DNA of 64,000 nucleotides from Candidatus Kapaibacterium sp. GTDB taxonomy: Bacteria; Bacteroidota; Ignavibacteria; Kapaibacteriales; HRBIN21. A model generated the notes under the pieces. The model saw nothing but the letters and a program-made list of their open reading frames with translations. It searched no databases and had not been told where the DNA came from. Below are positions 9,102-19,462 of the stretch, in pieces. The stretch covers positions 153,180-217,179 of the forward strand of contig JANXCT010000002.1 of assembly GCA_025059875.1 (NCBI GenBank), written 5' to 3'. Within the stretch, counting starts at the first letter, position 1; each line of letters opens with the position of its first letter. Position numbers and translations under genes: made by a program.

Positions 9102-11075
9102 TTACGAAATCTCAACCCGGAACGCTTCCTCAGCGACCTCTACACCGTCGTGCAGCGCAGGGCTACTCCAAAGCGCCAGCCACTCAGCCAGCACCAAGCA
9201 TCCCCAGAGAAGGTGCGCATGGTTCGCTACACCCCGGCGATGCTCATCCAGAAGACGGAGCACTTCCGCTGCATTGAGGTATTCCCGATGGAGTCCAGGC
9301 TGACCAGTATACCACCACCGTAGGCGCTCCCCCAATGCTCCTGCCATCCACGAGATGAGCGGTGTCATAAACGGGGCTTTCGGCCGGTAGAGGACCTGTT
9401 TGGGCACGTATGCCTCTGCCGCCCGCTTCAGGAGGTACTTCTGCTGGAAGCCGTGGATACGGTACCGGTCGGGCAATCGAAAAGCGAACTCCACCACTTC
9501 CACATCTAGTAATGGCGGTCGCGTCTCGACAGCCACTGCCATAGAGGCCTTATCCGAGTAGAGCAAGTTGAGGCCCGTCAAGAACAGCTTGGTATCCAGG
9601 TAAGTCATCTGAGCAACTGGCGAAGCTCCGCGGACCCGTTCGGCCGTCTCCCAGTACCGGCGTATCGGATACAGCTCCGAATACGCCGGCAACGGCTGCA
9701 ACCACAGCCGGCGTAGCCGCTCTGGCGGGCAGTACGCGAAACCATAGATGAAGGCCTCTAGAGGTCGGAGCTGTATCGGGAAAAGCATCCGTGCAAACCA
9801 CCGCAGCGGGCGAATGCGTGAACGCACCCATGAGCTCGGTAGCGATCGGAGAACGGGTTCTACAAGCCCTCTCCGAAACCACTGTGGCAGCCGATGGTAG
9901 TAGGTCAGCAGTAGCGTTGCCAACTGCTTCCGGTAGCCAGCGAAGACCTCATCACCCCCCATCCCGTTGAGCAGTACGGTTGTCCCATTCGCTCTGGCAT
10001 GGTGCGCAATGAGATACGTGTTGATCGCAGCTCCGTCGGCAACGGGGTCGTCCAAGTGCCAGAGGACCTTCGGTAGCAGAGCATTGATGGCCGGGCGGAT
10101 TCGGATCTCCCGATGCCGTGTACGCAATTGCTGTGCAACGAAGCGAGCGTAGGCAGGATCGTCCGGGTGTGCCTCTATGCGATGGTCTTCAGGCGCGAAG
10201 GCGATCGTGTACGTTGCCAAGTCGGCATCGGGGACAGCACGTCGCATGAGTGCTACGACGAGCGAGGAGTCCACCCCTCCGGAGAGGAAGGCCCCGACAG
10301 GAACGTCCGCAAGCATCTGCCGAGCAACGGCTCGTTCCAAGAGGTAGCGCAAGTGCTCCACATACTCCGACTCATGGCGGTAGCGGAGCTGTCCCTCCGG
10401 TGTTGGAGTCGGCACGTCCCAGTACTGGGTGATCTCCAGCCGCCCATTACGGAAAAACGCGTACGAACCGGCTGGCAGCTTGTGGATGCCAACGAAACCG
10501 GTCTTCGGCTCAGGCACCCACAGGAGAATAAGTGTACTCACCAACGCATCCATGTCCGGCACGCACGCTACATTGGGCAGTGCACAGAGTGCCTTCGCCT
10601 CTGAAGCAAAGGCAAGCATGGAGCCCACTTGGACATAGTAGAGCGGCTTGATGCCAAGATGGTCACGGGCTAAGAAGAGCTCGCGCGTCTCCGTGTCGTA
10701 GATTCCGAAAGCGAACATCCCATTGAAGCGGCGCACACAGTCCGCCCCCCACTCATCGTATGCTGCCAGGATGACCTCTGTATCCGTTCGTGAGCGAAAG
10801 CGGTAGCCCAGCCGCTCTAGCTCAGCACGGAGTTCCCAGAAGTTGTAGATTTCTCCATTGTAGGTAATCCATCGCGTTCCGCGCCCATTGGGCATTGGCT
10901 GGTGTCCAGCAGGAGTCAGATCTAGAATCGCCAACCGGCGATGTGCTAGTCCCGAGCGATGTTCTGGGAACCATTCAACTCCCCAATCATCCGGTCCGCG
11001 ATGGCGCAGCCGTTGGAGCATCCGCTCCAAGGCCTCACGACTACCCCCATTGATGATTCCCGCGATGCCGCACAT
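9102..11075 (-). CDS. asnB: Asparagine synthase (glutamine-hydrolysing) family amidotransferase
   Basis: N-terminal MCGIAG class-II glutamine amidotransferase nucleophile; PP-loop SGGVDSS in the synthetase domain; 657 aa. Located at the edge of a glycosyltransferase cluster (AsnB paralogs often amidate sugars). Confidence 0.85.
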   Translation of the reverse strand: MCGIAGIINGGSREALERMLQRLRHRGPDDWGVEWFPEHRSGLAHRRLAILDLTPAGHQPMPNGRGTRWITYNGEIYNFWELRAELERLGYRFRSRTDTEVILAAYDEWGADCVRRFNGMFAFGIYDTETRELFLARDHLGIKPLYYVQVGSMLAFASEAKALCALPNVACVPDMDALVSTLILLWVPEPKTGFVGIHKLPAGSYAFFRNGRLEITQYWDVPTPTPEGQLRYRHESEYVEHLRYLLERAVARQMLADVPVGAFLSGGVDSSLVVALMRRAVPDADLATYTIAFAPEDHRIEAHPDDPAYARFVAQQLRTRHREIRIRPAINALLPKVLWHLDDPVADGAAINTYLIAHHARANGTTVLLNGMGGDEVFAGYRKQLATLLLTYYHRLPQWFRRGLVEPVLRSLPSSWVRSRIRPLRWFARMLFPIQLRPLEAFIYGFAYCPPERLRRLWLQPLPAYSELYPIRRYWETAERVRGASPVAQMTYLDTKLFLTGLNLLYSDKASMAVAVETRPPLLDVEVVEFAFRLPDRYRIHGFQQKYLLKRAAEAYVPKQVLYRPKAPFMTPLISWMAGALGERLRWWYTGQPGLHREYLNAAEVLRLLDEHRRGVANHAHLLWGCLVLAEWLALWSSPALHDGVEVAEEAFRVEIS

Positions 11076-11106
11076 GGTTTACGAAGCGACGCCAGCCTCA
11101 GCTTTC

Positions 11107-12573
11107 TCAGGTTTTTTCAATCTCCTGATCTTCGTCGAAAATTGGCTCTGAGAGAACTCGGGACACAACGGCCTGGACTGTCCAAAAGAAGAGCCATAGG
11201 GGGAAGACTACGCGAGTTACCTCCCACCAGTTATCCACGAACCCTAGTCCAAAGAGGTAGATAGCCCCCATCAAGGTAGCGACAGCGACTGGAAGGACCT
11301 CGGACGCGTGTTCACGGGCTAGCCGAACGAGCTGGTATGAGCGACGGAGGAGGTACCCATAGAGACCGAATACCGCCACTGCTCCTAAGATGCCCACCTC
11401 CGCAAGCGGTGCCAAGTAGCTAGAGTAAGGACTGGCGAAGATGTAGGAGCCGAACACGATCTCCCGTGGGAGACTCCCTAAGTACTGCTGACTGAACTCT
11501 GTTGTCCACGGCTTAGTCATTCCGAAGAGCTGCTGGATGATCCCCCCTACCCCTTTCCCCTTCTGTTCTACAGAGCTGAACTCTACAGCGAACGTGTAGT
11601 AGGCACGACTGACGTAGTTACCTGGACCTACGCCTACGAGGAATGTCCAAGGATGATCCCAGAACATTTGGAACGTTGCCGGAAACGCTTGGAACTTAGC
11701 ATAGTGCAGGTAGTCACCTGGATTCGCTAAAACGAGCAACAGATCACCATAGCCCAAATCTCCTTGGGCAGCTCGTGAGGTATAGTCCACGAGCCGCTGC
11801 TGAGCCTGTCCTGCCAGTTCTTCCAAAGCTCGTTCAATGAGGGCAGCACTCAAAAGGAGAGCTATCACGCTCACGATCACCCCTCGCAGAACCTGTCGTC
11901 CGTAGAGGGCAACCAGAGTCGTTCCGTACGCTACTAAGAAGAACGGGAATCCTGCCCGAAACTGCAGAAGGTAGTACACTGCGAAGATGAGGACTTGCAA
12001 GGCAATAGTAACGATTCGGGATACCCCCTGCGCTTGGCTAGCCCCCAAAAGCATTCCAGCGGCTATGGCTAAGAAGAACGAGAACTGGTATGGATTGTTG
12101 CCAAACGTCCCCGAGAGCCTATCCGGATCGGCGTGGGATAGGAAGGCAGGGAAATCCAAGAACGCCACCACGAGAAGGTTGAGCACGAGGATCCCGAACA
12201 GAAGGTGCTGGAGCTCGCGAGCAAACGCAAATTCTTCTACTACCCACCGACGGAGTGCAAGGAAGAGCAGCGGTCCACCAGCGAACCCAATCGTGAACAG
12301 CAGAACGGCTGGCAGCAGCACCCTATCGGCATTTGCTAGTACCGATATCCCTACTGCCAACAGGAAGAGAAAGACAAAGCGTGCTACTCGGCGCTCATCT
12401 TCACTAGCGATCCCTCCCAGTGCCGGTCGGAAGAGGAAGCCCAGCACTACGATGCTCAGCGCTAGCGGCATATCCAACACATCAACCCACTTCGGCAGGA
12501 GTCGCAGCTTCTCCGTCAGCAGTCGGCTGACCAAGAAGAAGCCAAGTCCGAAGAGGATTACCCTCTCAACCAT
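11107..12573 (-). CDS. Polytopic membrane protein, O-antigen ligase/polymerase (Wzy/RfaL)-like
   Basis: About 10 or more predicted TM helices with a central periplasmic-loop region and a Glu/Asp-rich C-terminus. Sits within a glycosyltransferase cluster. Family assignment by architecture only. Confidence 0.45.
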   Translation of the reverse strand: MVERVILFGLGFFLVSRLLTEKLRLLPKWVDVLDMPLALSIVVLGFLFRPALGGIASEDERRVARFVFLFLLAVGISVLANADRVLLPAVLLFTIGFAGGPLLFLALRRWVVEEFAFARELQHLLFGILVLNLLVVAFLDFPAFLSHADPDRLSGTFGNNPYQFSFFLAIAAGMLLGASQAQGVSRIVTIALQVLIFAVYYLLQFRAGFPFFLVAYGTTLVALYGRQVLRGVIVSVIALLLSAALIERALEELAGQAQQRLVDYTSRAAQGDLGYGDLLLVLANPGDYLHYAKFQAFPATFQMFWDHPWTFLVGVGPGNYVSRAYYTFAVEFSSVEQKGKGVGGIIQQLFGMTKPWTTEFSQQYLGSLPREIVFGSYIFASPYSSYLAPLAEVGILGAVAVFGLYGYLLRRSYQLVRLAREHASEVLPVAVATLMGAIYLFGLGFVDNWWEVTRVVFPLWLFFWTVQAVVSRVLSEPIFDEDQEIEKT

Positions 12574-12582
12574 CTCACGAGC

Positions 12583-13767
12583 TCAAGAGCGCTCAAGGAC
12601 CCAATACAGCTCCTCCTCCCAGCGCTGAACGACGTTCTCAATTGCAAAATCCGTTGCAACTCTCTGCCGGTTTCGTGCCCCAGCTAACCGCAACCATCCC
12701 GGTTCCTGAAGAGACTGCAAGAGAGCCGACGCTAAGGCAGCTGTATCTCCCGGCGGTACAACTCTACCGTGGATCCCATCCGTCACCAATTCTGTTAAGG
12801 CACCCACTGCAGTAACGACGACAGGTAACCCTGCAGCCATCGCCTCCAGTAACGCCATCGAGAATCCCTCACTGTAGGAAGGTAGTACGAACACGTCCGC
12901 CTCAACCATAGCTTGCCTCACTGCGGAAGCGGGAAGTACCCCTGAGATGCGGATTCCATACTGTTCTTGTTGCTTTAGGTAATGGTCAATCTCGGCCTCA
13001 ATCTCGGCAGAGTGCTTGCGATAGTACTGCTGCCATTCCGGTGGCAGGAAGCTGGCAGCCACTTCAGGGTCAGCAATCCGAGTCCCGATGAGCCAGAGCT
13101 CCACAGGGACCGCGTCCCGCAACTGGCGATATGCCCTCAGGAGCTCCCGAACTCCCTTCGCGAAGGCAATATGACCAACGAAGAGTAGCCGATATGGCGG
13201 AGCTTCCGCTACTACCCTCCGGCGCCTTGGGAGGCCCTCTAACTGGACCCCATTTACGAGGACTCGAATCTGCTCTGCTGGGACCAACCCCTCAAACTGT
13301 TGCCGTAGTCCATCACTTTGGACGAATACCCCCTGCAGTTGCCTCAGCCCCCATCGGATTACTGAACGCCGCAATGGAGGCTGGAGAGCAAAGAATCCTG
13401 CAAAGTTCCCCCCTCGATACTGAGCAACTACCCTCGCCCCCCAAAGACGTGCCGTTACTATCAAGACGATATCCCGAACGATCCCTACCCAGCTGGAAGA
13501 GAGCAGGAGGAAGACCAGATGCGGACGCCACCGCCACAATGCTGTGATATATTCCCGCCATACACGCACGAACTTGGCTATTCCCTTCCAGTCAAAGCGA
13601 CCCTTCTCTGCATTACTCTCCCGTAGGGTGGTACGGACATGCATGAGGGCCAATCGCTCTGAACGCCAATGCCGCAACACCAACTCCATCCCCACCTCAG
13701 GCCCTGCATAGGGCGGTGGCGTCGGCACAGCCATTAATACCCGCTTCATTCCATCCACTGCACCCAT
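12583..13767 (-). CDS. Glycosyltransferase family 4 (GT-B)
   Basis: GT4 C-terminal signature (VLPSYSEGFSMALLEAMAAGLPVV, E-x7-E). Likely start at the internal Met (MKRVLMAV, 13749). Confidence 0.7.
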   Translation of the reverse strand: MGAVDGMKRVLMAVPTPPPYAGPEVGMELVLRHWRSERLALMHVRTTLRESNAEKGRFDWKGIAKFVRVWREYITALWRWRPHLVFLLLSSSWVGIVRDIVLIVTARLWGARVVAQYRGGNFAGFFALQPPLRRSVIRWGLRQLQGVFVQSDGLRQQFEGLVPAEQIRVLVNGVQLEGLPRRRRVVAEAPPYRLLFVGHIAFAKGVRELLRAYRQLRDAVPVELWLIGTRIADPEVAASFLPPEWQQYYRKHSAEIEAEIDHYLKQQEQYGIRISGVLPASAVRQAMVEADVFVLPSYSEGFSMALLEAMAAGLPVVVTAVGALTELVTDGIHGRVVPPGDTAALASALLQSLQEPGWLRLAGARNRQRVATDFAIENVVQRWEEELYWVLERS

Positions 13768-15455
13768 GGGAGCGAGCGCACGCGAAACTCTACCACCCCA
13801 CCCCCTTCACGTCGCACGGCGAATACAGGTATGCGACGGTGCCGACGCCAATTCCATTCTTGAGAAGGCAACGACAGGCCACTGTTCCTGAGAGCTTCAA
13901 CTTCTGCAGAGTCGCCTACACAGAAAGTAACGATTGCCCTTAGCACCTCGAGCATCCTCTCCTCAGAGTAGCCCGGTAACTTCTGCCGCAGAGCAATCTC
14001 GGCAAGATGGGGCATAGCTATCAACGGGTCCAGAATGAGACGCCCCGTGGAAGTAGGAGCCGCCAACCGCTCCAAAGCTCGCCATAGCTCTGGTCGGGAG
14101 AGCTCAAGGCGTCCGAGAGTAAATTGCAGCTCACGAGCGGTTGTCGGATACAATCGGTTCAACGCTAACGTTCCATGAAAGTCCCCTGCTATCACGACAT
14201 CCTCAGGCAGGAGCTGTGCCCGGTACCGCTTGTTGACCGCATAGATATCGTTGTCCGGCGAACGATAGAGCCATATCACCGGTGCCGTTGATACAGCAAT
14301 GGCCCCAACCGCCACACTGGCCATAACCCGACTCCCATGAGAACGCACCCCAGCAACACCGAGAGCCCCTAGAGGTATCATCCACAGCCAGAACTCGTTC
14401 GAACTAGGCTCCCAGAGGATGGCTAGGAACGCCAAACCAACTCCCCATCCGACAAGGCTCCAGTATGCCAAATGCCCCGACAGCTCCCTATGGCGCTGCC
14501 GAAAGGTCTTCAGGGCTGTCCAGATAACCACGACCGTCCCTATAAGGCCAATGCCTCCTAAGAGCACAGCAGCCTCTACGGGAAGACTACGCAAAAGGAA
14601 GCGCTCATCCAGGAAGAGCTTCATACTCCATCGCTGCTGCACGTACTCCCAAATATCCCCTACCCGCAGAAAGTACTCCGGAAACGTCCACGCCCGCATG
14701 ATGCCTACGGCAGCATATACGGGCGTCAGAGGCTGGAGGTGATCGTACGGCGTAAACTGCATGTGTAGTGCGTATCCCAGGACAAAGCTGACGATATCTC
14801 GGTACTCACTCTGCAGCCAGAAAGCCACCAGATAGGATACCCCGATGAGGACACTGCTGAGGCATAAGAGAGCTGCTGCCGGCTTTGGTCTTCGGGCAGC
14901 GAGGAGCAAGAGACTTGCAATAACAGCAAAAAGGGCATAGCTCTGATGGAAGAGTGCCGCAGTCCACACGCACACCGCTGCTCCCACAATCCAGCCCCAT
15001 TGCCGGGACTGCTGGGCTCTTTCCACCATCATTGCCGAAGTTAGCACCATCGCAATTCCGGGGACATAGAAGTCCGGAACGACACTGTAAGCCCAGAAAC
15101 CATAGCTGGCGGCCATCGTTAGCATTGCAGCAGCGATTGCCCACGTACCCTTCCACCACAGCCAGGCCAAATACCCAACGCAGAGTATCCCTACAAGGCT
15201 GAAGGCCCCAACGATAAAGCGAACGAACGAGAGCGTCTGCCGAAACTCCAGAGGCCCCGTCCAACCGAGAGCGGCGTTCACCTTTCCAAGGAAGCCTACA
15301 ATGAGGTGGTGGGGGTGGGACATCCCCTCGTGGATCCGCACCACGAATGGGAGGGCATCATCGGCATAGAGGAAGTTCCAGCTCTGGCTGATGGCTACTA
15401 CCAACAGCCAAAGCACGGCGACGCCCCCGAGAAGGAGCTTAGGCTGCCTTCCCAT
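13746..15455 (-). CDS. Large polytopic membrane protein (GT-C-like / polysaccharide-associated, hypothetical)
   Basis: 569 aa, many TM segments in the N-terminal two thirds and a soluble C-terminal domain. Sits between two GT4 genes. No specific motif recognised. Confidence 0.45.
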   Translation of the reverse strand: MGRQPKLLLGGVAVLWLLVVAISQSWNFLYADDALPFVVRIHEGMSHPHHLIVGFLGKVNAALGWTGPLEFRQTLSFVRFIVGAFSLVGILCVGYLAWLWWKGTWAIAAAMLTMAASYGFWAYSVVPDFYVPGIAMVLTSAMMVERAQQSRQWGWIVGAAVCVWTAALFHQSYALFAVIASLLLLAARRPKPAAALLCLSSVLIGVSYLVAFWLQSEYRDIVSFVLGYALHMQFTPYDHLQPLTPVYAAVGIMRAWTFPEYFLRVGDIWEYVQQRWSMKLFLDERFLLRSLPVEAAVLLGGIGLIGTVVVIWTALKTFRQRHRELSGHLAYWSLVGWGVGLAFLAILWEPSSNEFWLWMIPLGALGVAGVRSHGSRVMASVAVGAIAVSTAPVIWLYRSPDNDIYAVNKRYRAQLLPEDVVIAGDFHGTLALNRLYPTTARELQFTLGRLELSRPELWRALERLAAPTSTGRLILDPLIAMPHLAEIALRQKLPGYSEERMLEVLRAIVTFCVGDSAEVEALRNSGLSLPSQEWNWRRHRRIPVFAVRREGGGVVEFRVRSLPWVQWME

Positions 15456-16725
15456 CGCGCTGGCTCACGCCTCTCTCTCGCACTCCCAGAGCCACGAGCA
15501 CCTGCTCAAGGATTGCGTCGTATGAAAACCGTGCAGCGTTCTCATCCGCAGCAGCTTGGCGCCACTGACAGCGCTGAGCTTCAGAAAGGGGTGCGATCGT
15601 CTGGACTGCCGTAGCAAGTGTCTCTTCAAAGCCGTGCGGCTCTTCCCAGTACCATCCCGTGCGACCTTCCTGGAGAAGGTGAAGGAGCGAAGCACGACGA
15701 GGTAACACAAGAGGAAGCCCTACTCCTAAGGACTCATTTGCTGAGATAGCCGGCTGCATCCACACACCGAGATCTGCTGCAGCCGCTAGCCGACGCGTCT
15801 GCTCCGGTGGCAAGAATGGATAGACCGCAAAGTGCTCGGGTATCGGCTGACGTTGGATCTGCTCCAGTAGCTCCCTCTGGTACCCATCCCCCAATCCACC
15901 AACCAGCACATACCGCACTGGAAGCCCGACTCGCTGCATCTTACCAACGGCAGCGATGATACGCTCAAGACCTTTTCGCGGGACAACTCGTGTGACAGTG
16001 AGGATGAGCACCTCTTCAGGCCTCACTCCAAGTTGCTCTCGAGTCTGCTGCCGCTCCAACGCGGAGAAGAAGAAGAGCTGAGGGTCATAGCCGAGCGCTA
16101 GCACTCGTGCCTTTGCCTCCAGAAGTTCTAGCTCCTCCCTATTAGCACAGCATTGCTGCAACCATTCCAGCGTTGCCGGCATATTGCAGACGAGTAACTC
16201 AGCACGGCGAATAGCACGACGATAGAACGGACGCTTCACGAGCTCAAACCCTCGATCCTGTAGCCAGCTAACAACTCGCGCCGACAATGAGTGCCGACGG
16301 CGGTACTCATGCAACTCGCTGAAGAAACACGCGATTGGCACCTGCCTCAGCTCTGCAGCCGTCAGAATTGGTACACCGAAGAGCTTTCCCACCCCCAACA
16401 GCAGAATCGCGTCAGGGCGCCACTCCACAACAGCAGAGACAACCCCACGGCTCAGCACTGCCGAGCGAAACCGAAAGGCAACCGGCAGACGCACGAGCTC
16501 GTAGCCATCCTCGCATATCCTGCCTACGGGATAAGGCCGGCGCCGTAGCCGCCGAGCACTGGAGGAGACTGCCGTGGAAGTAACTACCCGTACCGCAATC
16601 CCTTTACGGACCAAGGTCCGAGCAATCCAGACCTCCTGATACCCCACCTCGGGCATGAAGTGGCCACATACAACGGCAATTCGCATACCAAAAGCTCTCG
16701 GTAGCCTTTCGCTCCCGATGCTCAC
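15439..16725 (-). CDS. Glycosyltransferase family 4 (GT-B)
   Basis: GT-B fold motifs (MRIAVVCGHF..., C-terminal ...GVGLPLV...). Likely start at MRIAVV (16686). Confidence 0.65.
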   Translation of the reverse strand: MSIGSERLPRAFGMRIAVVCGHFMPEVGYQEVWIARTLVRKGIAVRVVTSTAVSSSARRLRRRPYPVGRICEDGYELVRLPVAFRFRSAVLSRGVVSAVVEWRPDAILLLGVGKLFGVPILTAAELRQVPIACFFSELHEYRRRHSLSARVVSWLQDRGFELVKRPFYRRAIRRAELLVCNMPATLEWLQQCCANREELELLEAKARVLALGYDPQLFFFSALERQQTREQLGVRPEEVLILTVTRVVPRKGLERIIAAVGKMQRVGLPVRYVLVGGLGDGYQRELLEQIQRQPIPEHFAVYPFLPPEQTRRLAAAADLGVWMQPAISANESLGVGLPLVLPRRASLLHLLQEGRTGWYWEEPHGFEETLATAVQTIAPLSEAQRCQWRQAAADENAARFSYDAILEQVLVALGVRERGVSQRDGKAA

Positions 16726-19352
16726 CGTTTCACGAAGAGCCGAGTCTCCACCCTCCCTCTGAGGTACACTCGGACTCCGTAGACTCCGGGTGCCCAGCCG
16801 TGGAGGTTAATGCCTGCCTTCTCCCTGCCCCTCAAGCTCTCGCGATAAACGCAGCGCCCGAGTGGATCCACAACCTCCACTGATACCACCCTCCCTCCCT
16901 CAACCAGCAGCCATACGACCTCCGTTGCAGGATTTGGCTCAAGACGCCACCGCAGAGAGCTTACCTCTTCTACGCTCGTGCGAACGAACCGATACGGATC
17001 CGAGATACTGGAGCAGCTATCCACCGTCACCTGCACGTAGTAGATGCCATCCCGCGGCGGGACGAACTCCCGGCCTGTCGCCCCAGGGATCGGTTGCTTG
17101 TTCTCATCCAGCCACTGGTTCCCTGTCAGCGCGCTCGAGACGAGCGTATCCCCGCGCTGTCCAATGACAGGCTTCGGAGGACGCGGGGCAACGGTTACAT
17201 GAACGCTATTGAGTGATCGCACCACGCCACATGCATTGCGAGCCTCCACCGTGTACCTTCCACCCTGCCAAACTCGAAGGACAGTATCCTGAGCCCTGGG
17301 AAGCGCGGTATCGTTACGGAACCACTGAAAGGCTACTCCAACCTCCCCAGCAATGCGGAGCTCTACAGTATCTCCACGGCAGAGCCGAACCCCACCTTCA
17401 GGCACAATCCTCGGCCTCCTCGGCAAGGGACGCATCGTCAGCGTAACGTTCCTCCGCCCTCGGACACTCCCACAGGCATTGTAGGCCTCCACACTGTACC
17501 GCCCCGATTGGGAAGCAGCATAGGCCGTCGCATCCTCTGCCACGACAATCGAATCACGCCACCACCGGTACCGAACCCCTGGCTGCGGCTGCAGAACGTA
17601 GAGCACAACCTGACGCCCTTCACAGAACACAGTATCGCCATCTATCTCGAGCTGCGGCTCCTGCGGACGTTGCTGAGCAGAGAGCAAGCGCCCATTATCG
17701 TTGCTGTAGGCAATCGGCTGTGAAGCTGAGACTCTGATCCGGTATTGCCCCCCAGGAGGCTGGAACGGAACGAAGACTCGCAGCCCTGTGTCTCGACGAG
17801 CCGCGACCGAATCGAGAACTAGTGGAACCTGGAAGCTTCCCCCTGCGTCGGAGAGCTCCACACGGAACATGTTGTTTGCACCAAACTCCCCGCCACGCAC
17901 ACGCCAGCGGACCAGAAGGCTGTCACCCGTACAGAGGACCGTGTCGGGCACTGCCTCCAACTCAAGGCTCAGGAGGTACCCCGATAGACGCACGAGGAGT
18001 CCATCGGCAAGTCCCGCCAGCGCCGACTGGTACGACGGAGGCTCGAGTGGGACATCGGTGCTCGTAGTACTCCCGACAAGCGCTATGTTCCCCGCGCTAT
18101 CTACGGCGATCCCCAGAGCAGCATCGCCAGCACCCCCTCCTAGTAGAAGACTCCACTGCGGCATACCCTGCCGATGGAGCTTCAGGAGGAAGCAGTCATC
18201 CCCTTCCGTAGAGCGTTGTCCTACGCCAATCTGTGGGAAATTCGAGCTGGCCGTACGTCCAGCAATGTAGAGGTTCCCCAACGCGTCCACAGCACAGCTT
18301 GTGGCGACGTCATTCTCCCCGCCGCCGAGGAAGGTCGCCCAGCGTAGCCCTCCGCTTGCTGAGAATTGGACCGCGAACCCATCCGCTCCCCCTCCAGCAT
18401 ACTGAAGCTGCCATATGGGAGTAATCGGCAAATTCTGGCTCCCTGTCATCCCTACGACGGTCACCCACCGCTCCGAGGTTACCGCGATCCCCAGGGCCCG
18501 GTCGCTCTCTGTCCCGCCATAGTAAGTAGACCAGCCCCACACGCCAAAGGGTCCAAACGAGGCAACGAAGGCATCTGTACCACCCCGCAGGACCTGCTGG
18601 AAAGCATTCCGCAGTGGGAAGTTCGAACTACTGGTCTCTCCGCAGATGTAGATGTTGCGGCGGTCATCCACACAGATCGCCGTGGCATAGTCAGGTCCGG
18701 AGCCACCGAAGTAGGTCGCCCACACCCGTGCCCCATCAGGTCGAAGCTGTAGCACAAACGCATCAGTATACCCAGCCAGTCGGTTCTGGACAGCGTTCGT
18801 GGTCACAGAAAAGTTCGTACTGCTTGTGTAGCCCACAACATTCAGCAGTCCCTGAGCATCCACCGCAACGGCTGTTGCCCCCTCCTCTCCGTTCCCACCA
18901 TAGTATGTCGCCCAAAGACGGACTCCATCAATGGAGAAGCACGCAATGAAGGCGTCGCTCCCTGCTGCTTTGGTGGACTGGAAAGCATTCGCAACGGGGA
19001 AGTCCGAACTCGCAGTCACTCCCACGACGTAAATCCTTCCTCCGCTGTCTACCGCAACCCCGAGGGCACGGTCATTGTCGCTGCCTCCTAGGTAGGTGGA
19101 CCACAAGAGAGAGCCGGAGGACGAGAACTTTGCAATAACGGCATCTTCGCGCCCCCGGTTCTGCCCCTGCCAGGCGTTGACGACCGGGAAGCTCACCCCC
19201 AAACTCCACCCAACTACCACGATTGAACCATCTGACGCTATGGCCGTTGCTCGCAGCTCATCCTGGGCTGGCGAGCCGAGATAGGTACCCCAATCAACCG
19301 TTGGCTGAGCAAAGGCCGGTAGGAAAAGGAGAAGCGTCCATGCTCTTTGCAT
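16722..19352 (-). CDS. SBBP (beta-propeller) repeat protein with C-terminal Por/T9SS sorting domain (T9SS cargo)
   Basis: More than 8 repeats of the SBBP pattern (YLGGSxxDxAxGIAVDxxGNIYVxGxTxSSxFP); Sec signal MQRAWTLLLFLPAFA. C-terminal ~80 aa (RLEPNPATEVVWL...GVYGVRVYL...) is a T9SS type-A CTD. Start set at MQRAW (19352); the track ORF extends into the tRNA. Confidence 0.7.
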   Translation of the reverse strand: MQRAWTLLLFLPAFAQPTVDWGTYLGSPAQDELRATAIASDGSIVVVGWSLGVSFPVVNAWQGQNRGREDAVIAKFSSSGSLLWSTYLGGSDNDRALGVAVDSGGRIYVVGVTASSDFPVANAFQSTKAAGSDAFIACFSIDGVRLWATYYGGNGEEGATAVAVDAQGLLNVVGYTSSTNFSVTTNAVQNRLAGYTDAFVLQLRPDGARVWATYFGGSGPDYATAICVDDRRNIYICGETSSSNFPLRNAFQQVLRGGTDAFVASFGPFGVWGWSTYYGGTESDRALGIAVTSERWVTVVGMTGSQNLPITPIWQLQYAGGGADGFAVQFSASGGLRWATFLGGGENDVATSCAVDALGNLYIAGRTASSNFPQIGVGQRSTEGDDCFLLKLHRQGMPQWSLLLGGGAGDAALGIAVDSAGNIALVGSTTSTDVPLEPPSYQSALAGLADGLLVRLSGYLLSLELEAVPDTVLCTGDSLLVRWRVRGGEFGANNMFRVELSDAGGSFQVPLVLDSVAARRDTGLRVFVPFQPPGGQYRIRVSASQPIAYSNDNGRLLSAQQRPQEPQLEIDGDTVFCEGRQVVLYVLQPQPGVRYRWWRDSIVVAEDATAYAASQSGRYSVEAYNACGSVRGRRNVTLTMRPLPRRPRIVPEGGVRLCRGDTVELRIAGEVGVAFQWFRNDTALPRAQDTVLRVWQGGRYTVEARNACGVVRSLNSVHVTVAPRPPKPVIGQRGDTLVSSALTGNQWLDENKQPIPGATGREFVPPRDGIYYVQVTVDSCSSISDPYRFVRTSVEEVSSLRWRLEPNPATEVVWLLVEGGRVVSVEVVDPLGRCVYRESLRGREKAGINLHGWAPGVYGVRVYLRGRVETRLFVKR

Positions 19353-19376
19353 CCGTTCCCCTTGCCACCGTTCTAG

Positions 19377-19450
19377 CGCGCCCGGCAGGACTCGAACCCG
19401 CAACCCCCAGATCCGAAGTCTGGTGCTCTCTCCAATTGAGCTACGGGCGC
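19377..19450 (-). tRNA. tRNA-Arg (anticodon TCG)
   Basis: Reverse complement folds as a cloverleaf: acceptor GCGCCCG/CGGGCGC, D-arm TAGCTCAATTGGAGAGAGC, anticodon loop CTTCGGA (U33, anticodon TCG), T-arm GGTTCGAGTCC. Confidence 0.8.
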
Positions 19451-19462
19451 AGCAGTGCAAAT

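Noticed and set aside
8222-9277. 351-aa ORF on the plus strand
   Set aside because: Lies entirely antisense to the well-supported acyl-CoA dehydrogenase gene. Composition is Arg/Ala/Pro-rich, typical of spurious antisense ORFs in GC-rich DNA.
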